DNA of 64,000 bases from a virus, in the IMG/VR virus record IMGVR_UViG_3300012984_000012, positions 65,881 through 129,880 of that record, one strand, 5' to 3'. This document shows positions 27,378 through 34,945 of this stretch, in pieces (position 1 is the first letter of the stretch; every line of letters begins with the position of its first letter). The notes beneath the pieces are model-generated. The model worked only from the letters and a program-made list of their open reading frames with translations. It did not search any database and was not told the origin of the DNA. A program made the position numbers and the translations under genes.

Positions 27378-27884
27378 ATGATAGAATACCTCGTGGGTGA
27401 CGCCACCCATCCCAACGGCCCAGACGTCAAGATCATCGCACACGTTGTCAATGACATCGGTCGTTGGGGACGAGGTTTCGTCCTGTCAGTGACCAAGCGA
27501 TACCCGGTCGCTGAACACGCTTATCGTGAATGGAGCAAGGGAGAAGGAGAACACCCTTCTCCGTTTGCGCTAGGTGAGACACAACTCGTGCACGTGGGTG
27601 ATGGCATTCACGTTGCCAACATGGTCGGACAGCACGATGTCATGACAGTGAATGGCGTGCCTCCCATCAGGTACGATGCTCTAGAAAGCTGCCTGACAAA
27701 GCTAAGGATCTTTGCCAAGCTGTTGGATGCCTCTGTTCACATGCCCAGGATAGGATGTGGCCTAGCAGGTGGAAAATGGTCAGAGGTGGAGGCGATCGTC
27801 AACCGTGTCCTTGCTCACGACGTAAGAACAGTCGTGTACGACTTCGACACGAAGGACAACAGAACGGTGCCATGGAACAAGTAG
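27378..27884 (+). CDS. Macro-domain protein (Poa1p/TARG1/DarG-like)
   Basis: GDAT, IAHVVND.G.WGRGF, ANMVGQ, HMPRIGCGLAGGKW. Confidence 0.9.
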   Translation: MIEYLVGDATHPNGPDVKIIAHVVNDIGRWGRGFVLSVTKRYPVAEHAYREWSKGEGEHPSPFALGETQLVHVGDGIHVANMVGQHDVMTVNGVPPIRYDALESCLTKLRIFAKLLDASVHMPRIGCGLAGGKWSEVEAIVNRVLAHDVRTVVYDFDTKDNRTVPWNK

Positions 27885-28066
27885 GGCTCACGGTTGAGGA
27901 CACCGTGAAACAACTGTTACAACAACGGTGTGATTTCTCAAAGCAGTTTGCGGCTGGTAACCAGAACGTCCAGGTCGGCATCGAGTTCATCGATAACATC
28001 CTGGGACAGATGGTCCCAGGATACGCGCCGCCCAAGGGCTGTGGGTGTGGTTGCGATGACAAGTGA
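27872..28066 (+). CDS. Small hypothetical protein ending in GCGCGCDDK
   Basis: ATG 27872, 64 aa. Confidence 0.5.
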   Translation: MEQVGLTVEDTVKQLLQQRCDFSKQFAAGNQNVQVGIEFIDNILGQMVPGYAPPKGCGCGCDDK

Positions 28067-28075
28067 ATCTTGGGC

Positions 28076-28231
28076 CTGTACAACGGCACGAAGAAGGATT
28101 ACTTACTAGACATGCTACGAGAGTTGTGAATGCAAGGCGGTTGAACCGCAGTGTCTTGCGCGAGGACCTCCTCGACTAACACGTTCCGATCAGTTCGCTG
28201 TACGTGTTTTGTTTTGAGATGAAAGAGGTCT
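28076..28231 (+). promoter_or_regulatory. Putative promoter plus leader peptide/attenuator (uORF MLREL-UGA; +1 frame encodes ARGPP; anti-SD)
   Basis: CTGTAC-N18-TACTTA, ATG 28112 six nt later; TGA-A at 28127-28130; CGA GGA CCT CCT at 28161-28172; GGACCTC (28164-28170) complementary to GAGGTCT (28225-28231). Confidence 0.45.
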
Positions 28232-28234
28232 ATT

Positions 28235-28627
28235 ATGCTCACTGGTATTCAAGTTCTTCGTGCTAAGGTTCGTGGCCTGCAAGCTGCAGGTATTTCCATT
28301 CACAATCGTATTCGTAAGGCAAAAGGTCCGAAGCGAAACAAGCTGTGGGATGACAAGCGTACGCTCGGCAGTTACAGTCGGGAACACCTGATTGCTTACG
28401 GGTTGATGCGTGGCGTCCCGTATGATAGGATCGAAAGATGCGCAAAGGGAAACCAACCAAACGCTCGAACACTGTTCGAGCTGATGAAGGCTCACGCCGA
28501 TTGGAAAATGGCAAGGGAGCTCACCCTCGAAAAGGTCGAGGCGCTGCTGACGCCGTCAACCGAGCCAGTTCCTCGGTCAAACAGGCTCATGCGAAGGGCT
28601 CAAAAGGCCCTCGAAAAAAGCGCGTGA
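28235..28627 (+). CDS. Basic hypothetical protein heading the Pth2 operon
   Basis: SD GAGGT; R.HLIAYGLMRG.PY..IE motif. Confidence 0.75.
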   Translation: MLTGIQVLRAKVRGLQAAGISIHNRIRKAKGPKRNKLWDDKRTLGSYSREHLIAYGLMRGVPYDRIERCAKGNQPNARTLFELMKAHADWKMARELTLEKVEALLTPSTEPVPRSNRLMRRAQKALEKSA

Positions 28628-28635
28628 GGCAAGCC

Positions 28636-28977
28636 ATGGCCACCATTAAGATGGGCGACAAGCTCTTTCTAGTGACACGTCGTGACATCGCGCCTGGTTA
28701 TCAGGCCGTCCAGTCGTGTCACGCCATGAGGCAGTTCACCGCTGATCATCCTGAGGTCGATAACGACTGGTTCGCGAAATCAAATTACCTAGCGCTGTTG
28801 TCAGTCGACAACGAGATCGAGCTGATGAGGCTCCTCGTTGCCGCTACCGATGCTGGGTTAAGGTCATCTGCGTTTCGCGAACCAGACGTCGGTGGAGCCA
28901 TCACCGCTATCGCCATCGAGCCACACCCAAAAGCAGCAGAGTTGTGTAAATCGTTACCCCTGGCCCTTAAGGTCTGA
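28636..28977 (+). CDS. Peptidyl-tRNA hydrolase type 2 (Pth2)-like protein
   Basis: KLFLVTRRDIAPGYQAVQSCHA...L.V.NE.EL...FREPDVGGAITAIAIEP...LPL follows the PTH2-family layout. Confidence 0.8.
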   Translation: MATIKMGDKLFLVTRRDIAPGYQAVQSCHAMRQFTADHPEVDNDWFAKSNYLALLSVDNEIELMRLLVAATDAGLRSSAFREPDVGGAITAIAIEPHPKAAELCKSLPLALKV

Positions 28978-28992
28978 TCAGGTAACGAGAAA

Positions 28993-29628
28993 ATGATGAC
29001 CGAGCTCGATCGCACTTCGTTGAAGGTTTTTGGCCTGACTGGTGGGATTGCTAGCGGCAAGAGCACCGTCAGTCGGCTCTGGGCAAAGTGGGGAGTTCCC
29101 ATCGTTGACGCTGACCTGGTGTCACGCCAGGTGATGGTCCCGGGAGCTCCCGCCTTCAATGCTATCATCGAGTGTTTTGGGCTCGAGATAGTGACACCCA
29201 CGGGTGAGATCGACAGGAAGGCTTTGGGAAGCATCGTTTTTAGCGACAGCAAGAAACGAGCGTTGCTCAACTCAATAGTACACCCGAGGATCGCAAGCCA
29301 GACTCGAGCCATGTTCTCAGAGCTTCGTAGCAGCGGTGAAAAGCTAGCGTGTTATGACGCCCCGCTGTTGATCGAAGGCGGATTTGCAGCCGCTTTCAGG
29401 CCACTCGTCGTCGTCACGGTCCCGCCTGACGTTCAATTAAACAGGGTCATGGCCCGAGATGACCTGACTGAACAAGAGGCAAGATCTCGGATCTCGGCTC
29501 AGATGTCGCAGGACGCAAAGGTCGAGAAGGCTGACATCGTGATCAACAACGATGACGACCTATCAATGTTGATGTTTCGTGCTCGTCAGGCTCTTGACAG
29601 GGTGATGCAGATGGTTTCGGTCCCGTAG
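28993..29628 (+). CDS. coaE: Dephospho-CoA kinase
   Basis: GLTGGIASGKSTV, DAD, IDRKALG..VF, HPRI, DAPLLIE, R..AQM, ADIVINN. Confidence 0.95.
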   Translation: MMTELDRTSLKVFGLTGGIASGKSTVSRLWAKWGVPIVDADLVSRQVMVPGAPAFNAIIECFGLEIVTPTGEIDRKALGSIVFSDSKKRALLNSIVHPRIASQTRAMFSELRSSGEKLACYDAPLLIEGGFAAAFRPLVVVTVPPDVQLNRVMARDDLTEQEARSRISAQMSQDAKVEKADIVINNDDDLSMLMFRARQALDRVMQMVSVP

Positions 29629-29691
29629 CTCAGCGGTAGAGCATTCGGATTTCAACCCGATTTGTCGTGGGTTCGACCCCCACCGGGATCA
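29619..29691 (+). tRNA. tRNA with 8-nt anticodon loop ATTTCAAC (Glu-UUC plus 1 nt, or quadruplet UUCA); non-Glu-like body
   Basis: GGTCCCG/CGGGATC acceptor, GCTC/GAGC D-stem, TCGG/CCGA anticodon stem, 5-nt variable loop, GTGGG-TTCGACC-CCCAC, A73. Confidence 0.85.
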
Positions 29692-29694
29692 CAC

Positions 29695-29766
29695 GCTCTC
29701 ATAGCCTAGAGGTCAGGCAATCGGATTTCAACCCGAGTGACACAGGTTCGAACCCTGTTGAGAGCG
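29695..29766 (+). tRNA. tRNA-Glu-like with 8-nt anticodon loop ATTTCAAC
   Basis: GCTCTCA/TGAGAGC acceptor, GCCT/AGGC D-stem, TCGG/CCGA, 4-nt variable loop, ACAGG-TTCGAAC-CCTGT, G73. Confidence 0.85.
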
Positions 29767-29770
29767 CAAG

Positions 29771-30064
29771 ATGGACGACAAGGCATACATCTGCGACGGG
29801 TGTGGTGAGAGGATCACTGACGAAGAGCTGGTCATCTCTGAGACAGATCCTGACCTGTGGAAACACCCGTTCCGTGAGGTGTGCCTGAAGATCCGAGAGC
29901 AGAACAGTGAGCCAACCCCTCCAGCCCAGCTGTACCACCAGCGTCACGGCTATAACCGGTTAACCCGTCGCACAGAGCCCTATTTATGTGGGACGTTGCA
30001 TCTCGAGACTGAGCAAGAGTACTTCATCCACTGGATTGGGTATGGGATGAAGATTGATACCTGA
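29771..30064 (+). CDS. Hypothetical protein
   Basis: 97 aa, CDGC motif. Confidence 0.55.
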   Translation: MDDKAYICDGCGERITDEELVISETDPDLWKHPFREVCLKIREQNSEPTPPAQLYHQRHGYNRLTRRTEPYLCGTLHLETEQEYFIHWIGYGMKIDT

Positions 30065-30070
30065 CGATCG

Positions 30071-30100
30071 TTGAACTAAGCGTCAGATCAAAGTTACGAT
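30071..30100 (+). promoter_or_regulatory. Putative promoter TTGAAC-N18-TACGAT, leaderless
   Basis: ATG 30107 is 6 nt after the -10. Confidence 0.6.
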
Positions 30101-30106
30101 CAGGGG

Positions 30107-30922
30107 ATGAGCGATCCCTCTCCTGAGTTCGAAGACTTGCCAACCGGAAAACCCCACGTTTCTTTCTCTGAAATCCGTGAATGGAAGGATTGCTCGTACC
30201 GTCACAAGCTACGACACGTCCTGAAAATCGATCTTAGCAAACCTGGTCCCCTCATGGACTTTGGCACCGCGTGCCACGCTGCGTGTGAAAGGTTCTTGAA
30301 GACGCGCGTCATGGACGTCTCGATCGCCACGGACATGATCCGAAGGGTGTGGGAAAAGAACAAAGACGTCCCGGGATTCGAAGCGCAAGGTCTAGACAAG
30401 TACCTTGCCGAGGCCGAAGCTATCCTTGCTGACGTTCCTAAGTGGATGGAAGAAACGTTTCCTGACTGGGAGTACGTTGACGCTGAACACTACTTGTACG
30501 AACCCATCGAAGGCAGCAAACACGCGTTCAAGGGTTTCATTGACGGCGTCATCAAGTGCAAGGGACCAAAAAACAAAACGTTGATCTGGTTGATCGATTG
30601 GAAAACCACCTCCTGGGGGTGGAGTATGGATAAAAAATCTGACGTCATGGTTCGAGCACAGCTCGTCCTTTACAAGAACTTCTGGTCTAACAAGACGGGA
30701 ACGAATCCCAAGGACGTCAGGTGTGGGTTCGTCCTCCTCAAGAGGACGGCAAAACCCGGAGCACATTGCGAGTTGATCACCACGTCTGTCGGCGACGTGA
30801 CGACAGAACGCTCGCTGAAAGTGATCAACAACATGCTCTCCAGCGTCAAAAAGGGTATTGCCATCAAGAATCGTGCATCATGCACGTACTGTGACTATCG
30901 TGACACCGAACACTGCACCTGA
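30107..30922 (+). CDS. Cas4-like / AddB-type PD-(D/E)XK exonuclease
   Basis: SFSEI..W.DC, FGTACH, GFIDGV, IDWKT, QL.LY, C-terminal CTYCDYRDTEHC Fe-S ligands. Confidence 0.88.
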   Translation: MSDPSPEFEDLPTGKPHVSFSEIREWKDCSYRHKLRHVLKIDLSKPGPLMDFGTACHAACERFLKTRVMDVSIATDMIRRVWEKNKDVPGFEAQGLDKYLAEAEAILADVPKWMEETFPDWEYVDAEHYLYEPIEGSKHAFKGFIDGVIKCKGPKNKTLIWLIDWKTTSWGWSMDKKSDVMVRAQLVLYKNFWSNKTGTNPKDVRCGFVLLKRTAKPGAHCELITTSVGDVTTERSLKVINNMLSSVKKGIAIKNRASCTYCDYRDTEHCT

Positions 30923-30965
30923 TCTACATAAATGACGCTTACCAGATATTACACAGCGCTGAGAG

Positions 30966-32234
30966 ATGAATATGATGACGTCAATGGCTGACAAAAAGAA
31001 GAAGGTCTTGATGCTGTGCGATCACCCGCTCTCTACCAGCGGCGTCGGAACGCAAGCAAGGTGGTTGATCAACGGCTTGGTGCAGACGGGTAAGTACTCG
31101 TTCAAGGTCTTTGGTGGTGCTGTCAAACACGACAACTACGACACGGTGACGGTTAACCCTGACTTCATCATCAAGCCCACCAATGGGTTTGGAGACAAGA
31201 ACATGCTCAGGCAAGCGTTGGCACAAGAGCAACCTGACATCCTGTTGCTGTTCACCGATCCTCGGTTTTTCATCTGGGTGTGGGAGATGGAGGACGAGGT
31301 TCACCAGATGTGTCCGATCGCGTACAACCACCTGTGGGACAACCCGCCGTGGCCCGAGTTCAATCGCGTCCTTTACGAATCGACGGACCTGATCAATTGC
31401 ATCAACTACCCGACCTACGACATGGTTCACCAGAGGTTCCCAGAAAAGACGAACTACATACCGCACGCAGTTCCCAAAGAGATCTTCTTTCCGATGGCTC
31501 CCGTTGAGGCAGCTCGCTTCAAGTCACAGATCCTCGGAAACGAGCGTTCAGATCACTTCATCATCACCTTCGTCAGTCGTAACGCTCGCCGCAAGATGCC
31601 CAGCGACATCATCATCTCGTTCAAGCAATTTCTCACTGAGCTCGAGACGAAGCACGGCCATCGCAAGTCGACCCTCGTAATGCACACGGATCCGATGGAT
31701 CCAGAGGGTCCCAACCTTCACCATGTCATCGACATGTTACACCTCAAGGACAACGTCGTCTTTTCAAAGGACAGGGTCGGATTCTCTGAGATGAACGCTC
31801 TCTATAACATGTCAGACACCATCGTTAACCGTAGCTGCAACGAGGGGTTTGGATTGGGCACCCTTGAGGCGATGATGGGAGGAAAGCCCATCATCGCACT
31901 GAAAACAGGCGGTCTGACACGACAGGTCGAGGACCCTGAGACGGGCGAACAGTATGGTATCGGTCTAGAACCTGAGGTCAAGACGTTGGTCGGTAACCAG
32001 ATGGTCCCGTACATCTATGAGGACTTCGTCTCTCATGAGACGCTGGCGCAAGCGTTCATGACCATGTACGATTGGGGACCAGAAAAACGAGCCGAGGTGG
32101 GTAAGAAAGCATACGCTCACGCTCTCAAGGATTACGACATGAGCAGAATGATCTCTGATTGGGACAGGACGTTAACCAACCTGACAGAAAACTGGCGCAC
32201 GTCACAACAGCGTTGGGTGAGGATCGAGCTATGA
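30966..32234 (+). CDS. Glycosyltransferase family 4
   Basis: SGVGTQ, YIPHAV, RNARRK, NEGFGLGTLEAMMGGKPII. Confidence 0.9.
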   Translation: MNMMTSMADKKKKVLMLCDHPLSTSGVGTQARWLINGLVQTGKYSFKVFGGAVKHDNYDTVTVNPDFIIKPTNGFGDKNMLRQALAQEQPDILLLFTDPRFFIWVWEMEDEVHQMCPIAYNHLWDNPPWPEFNRVLYESTDLINCINYPTYDMVHQRFPEKTNYIPHAVPKEIFFPMAPVEAARFKSQILGNERSDHFIITFVSRNARRKMPSDIIISFKQFLTELETKHGHRKSTLVMHTDPMDPEGPNLHHVIDMLHLKDNVVFSKDRVGFSEMNALYNMSDTIVNRSCNEGFGLGTLEAMMGGKPIIALKTGGLTRQVEDPETGEQYGIGLEPEVKTLVGNQMVPYIYEDFVSHETLAQAFMTMYDWGPEKRAEVGKKAYAHALKDYDMSRMISDWDRTLTNLTENWRTSQQRWVRIEL

Positions 32235-33415
32235 ACACTCCTAACATGAAATCAGTCGTCCTTCGGGGCCCAGTGTTGACGCAATCAGGTTACGGCGTTC
32301 ACTGTCGTCAGATCGCAAAGTACCTGCTCAATCGTGGCGACGTTGACGTCAAGTTCCTAGCCACGCCCTGGGGCGACACTCCTTGGATTGTCAATCCCAA
32401 TGCGTCAGAAGGTCTAGCGGGTCAGATCATGCAGCGCTGTGTGTCTCCTGACGTGACCTCAAACTTTGACGTGTCAATTCAATTACAATTACCTAACGAG
32501 TGGGACCCGAAATTGTCTCGTGTCAACGTGGGTGTCACTGCTGCCGTCGAGACGGATCGTTGCCACCCAGAGTGGGTGACAGCCTGTAATGCGATGCACT
32601 CTGTCATCGTTCCATCAAGTCACGCAAGGCAGTGCATCTTAAATTCGGGCAACGTGACTCGACCCATTGTCGTCGTCCCAGAATCGTACTCAGAGTCGAT
32701 CGATGATTCATCTGACTTGTACGCTTTCGAGAGCTTTCCCACGTCGTTTAACTTTTTGGTTTTCGGTCAGCTAACAGGTAACAACCCACACAGCGACAGG
32801 AAGAACATTTTCTACACTGTCAAGTGGCTGTGTGAAACGTTCAAGAACGATAAGGATGTCGGCATCGTCGTCAAGACCAACGCAGGTCGAAACTCAAAGA
32901 TCGATCGAAACATAGTGCTCAACACGTTCAAGCAACTGTTGACAGAGGTCAGGCCAGCAGGTGCCATAGGTCCCAAGTTTTATTTGCTTCATGGTGACAT
33001 GAATGACCTAGAGGTCGCGTCGCTGTACAAGCACCCTCAGATCAAGGCGTTAGTCGCTCTAACGAGGGGTGAAGGTTACGGACTTCCGATCCTAGAGGCC
33101 GCAGCCTCTGGCTTGCCCGTCATCGCGACCAACTGGTCGGGTCACCTTGACTTTCTGAAGCACGGTAAGTTCATCAGTGTGTACTATCAACTCAATGAAG
33201 TACATCCTTCTCGCATCGACAACAAGATCTTCGTCAAGGGATCACGTTGGGCCAACCCCTCCGAGGAGGATTTCAAGAAGCGAGCTCTCAAGTTTCGAGA
33301 GAGCCCATCAACTCCAAAACAGTGGGCGCTCGAGCTCAAACAAAAGATCAAAGAACCTTACAGTTTCAAGGCGATCTGTCGTGCATATGACGAGGCCTTA
33401 CGAGAGGTGCTTTGA
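32231..33415 (+). CDS. Glycosyltransferase family 4
   Basis: SGYGVH, VETD, RKN, TRGEGYGLPILEAAASGLPVIATNWSGHLDF. Confidence 0.9.
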   Translation: MNTPNMKSVVLRGPVLTQSGYGVHCRQIAKYLLNRGDVDVKFLATPWGDTPWIVNPNASEGLAGQIMQRCVSPDVTSNFDVSIQLQLPNEWDPKLSRVNVGVTAAVETDRCHPEWVTACNAMHSVIVPSSHARQCILNSGNVTRPIVVVPESYSESIDDSSDLYAFESFPTSFNFLVFGQLTGNNPHSDRKNIFYTVKWLCETFKNDKDVGIVVKTNAGRNSKIDRNIVLNTFKQLLTEVRPAGAIGPKFYLLHGDMNDLEVASLYKHPQIKALVALTRGEGYGLPILEAAASGLPVIATNWSGHLDFLKHGKFISVYYQLNEVHPSRIDNKIFVKGSRWANPSEEDFKKRALKFRESPSTPKQWALELKQKIKEPYSFKAICRAYDEALREVL

Positions 33416-33418
33416 AGC

Positions 33419-33724
33419 ATGTTAGCGTTAGTCATTGGCCTCAGCGTGGCCGTCGTAGTGTTGGGCCTGCTGCTGTTTTTTAGCGTCAGGCACAACCTAC
33501 AGCTCGAAGATCGTTTTGAGGAGGTCGGCATACAGGTAGAAGAATCGCTCGACATCATCAATGACTGTTACCAGCGAATCGCTAAGGTCGCTGAGATGCC
33601 AGTCGGATCTGACGATCCGTTCGTTCAGCAGCTGATCGCTGACATTAAGCACACCAAACACGCCATTCTCCTCGTGGCGAACAAGGTCATAACCTTCGAT
33701 CGCGACGAGGATGAACAGGAGTAA
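33419..33724 (+). CDS. Small protein with N-terminal membrane anchor
   Basis: Hydrophobic first ~23 aa followed by a helical domain. Confidence 0.65.
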   Translation: MLALVIGLSVAVVVLGLLLFFSVRHNLQLEDRFEEVGIQVEESLDIINDCYQRIAKVAEMPVGSDDPFVQQLIADIKHTKHAILLVANKVITFDRDEDEQE

Positions 33725-33726
33725 CA

Positions 33727-34545
33727 ATGGCGTTCAGTCGTAAAAAAGCAGCAGAGGCACAGATCGTCCCGACCAAAAAATCGATGGAGGCAAAGACAGA
33801 CGTTCCAGCTGTCGAGCTCACGCCCGAGGAAAAAGAAGCTGCAGCAAAAGCCGCTAAGGCGTTGCGAATGTATTTCAACGCTGGGACGCAAGCCGCCATC
33901 GTTGCTTACCAACAGTCTGATGTCAAAAAAGACAAGGACAAGCTCTACGTTGACAAGATCCTGCCTGCGTTTGAGAAGCTGGTCGAGAACCTGATCAACA
34001 TTCACAAGTTCACTAGCTTGCATGACACGTTTGACGACCTGAAGAACGATTGCGTCAATTTTTTGTTTGAGACCATCGGAAAGTTCGATGCGACACGTGG
34101 GACTAACGCCTTCTCGTATTTCAACGTCGTGGCCAAGAACTGGCTCATCATCAAGACCAAACAGAAATCACAACGCATCAAGCGTAGCGTCAGCCTTGAC
34201 GATCCCGACTCACTAAGCGCAAACGAACAGCGTATCATTGAGGACTATAACATCGTCCCTGCACAGGACGAGCTGTTGATGAGCAAGGGATCAGCGGCTA
34301 ACGTCATCAACGTCTTACAAGAGATCCGAAGCAAGGTCAAGACAGAGAACGAGCTCGCTTGCATCAATTCGATCATCATCATCTTTGAGAACATCGATGA
34401 TATTGATCTTCTCAACAAGAGCGCCATCCTGCTTTACATGCGTGAGTTGTCAGGCCTCAGTCCCAAGCAGCTGACGACGACGATGCAATCCGTGAAAAAA
34501 CTGTATCGTCGCTCTAAGATCGACACGAAATTCAAGCTGTTTTGA
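33727..34545 (+). CDS. Phage late-transcription sigma factor (T4 gp55-like)
   Basis: MYF...AIVAY, DDLKNDCVNFLFETIGKFDATRGTNAFSYFNVVAKNWL = sigma region 2; no recognisable region 4; sits upstream of structural genes. Confidence 0.75.
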   Translation: MAFSRKKAAEAQIVPTKKSMEAKTDVPAVELTPEEKEAAAKAAKALRMYFNAGTQAAIVAYQQSDVKKDKDKLYVDKILPAFEKLVENLINIHKFTSLHDTFDDLKNDCVNFLFETIGKFDATRGTNAFSYFNVVAKNWLIIKTKQKSQRIKRSVSLDDPDSLSANEQRIIEDYNIVPAQDELLMSKGSAANVINVLQEIRSKVKTENELACINSIIIIFENIDDIDLLNKSAILLYMRELSGLSPKQLTTTMQSVKKLYRRSKIDTKFKLF

Positions 34546-34552
34546 GGTTGAC

Positions 34553-34933
34553 ATGCCTGACAACGCAGAAACGGGTGACATCGTCGAGCTTGAAGCACGA
34601 AACGTCGAAGAACGTCTTCGTGATTTTTCAGATCTACTAAAGGACATCAACAACCTCAGCGACAAGAAAAGACAGCTATGGAAGGAGATCTACGAGAACG
34701 CGATCTCTGATCGCCAGAACTCGTACGTGATGTTTGCCAAGCTTGTCAAGATCGCTGCTGACAAGAGCACTGAACATGCCGTGCATGGCAAGACCATCGC
34801 TACGTACATCGAGCGCATGTCACGTGCTAACGATCAGCTCATTAAGCTGGCTGAGTTAATTGCGAAGGCTGATCAAAAGAGCGAGTCGATAGATCCTGAG
34901 GATATGTTTTCCCGCATCAGCGAAAACAAGTGA
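34553..34933 (+). CDS. Helical hypothetical protein
   Basis: 126 aa, SD GAGGT. Confidence 0.7.
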   Translation: MPDNAETGDIVELEARNVEERLRDFSDLLKDINNLSDKKRQLWKEIYENAISDRQNSYVMFAKLVKIAADKSTEHAVHGKTIATYIERMSRANDQLIKLAELIAKADQKSESIDPEDMFSRISENK

Positions 34934-34945
34934 CCCACAGGAACC

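Noticed and set aside
28438-28635. N-terminal extension of the Pth2-like ORF given in the ORF track (179 aa)
   Set aside because: Overlaps gene 28235-28627 in another frame; ATG 28636 has GAGG upstream and the Pth2 motifs begin just after it
29619-29766. Selenocysteine tRNA (UCA)
   Set aside because: No long variable arm or extended acceptor stem, and no sel genes seen
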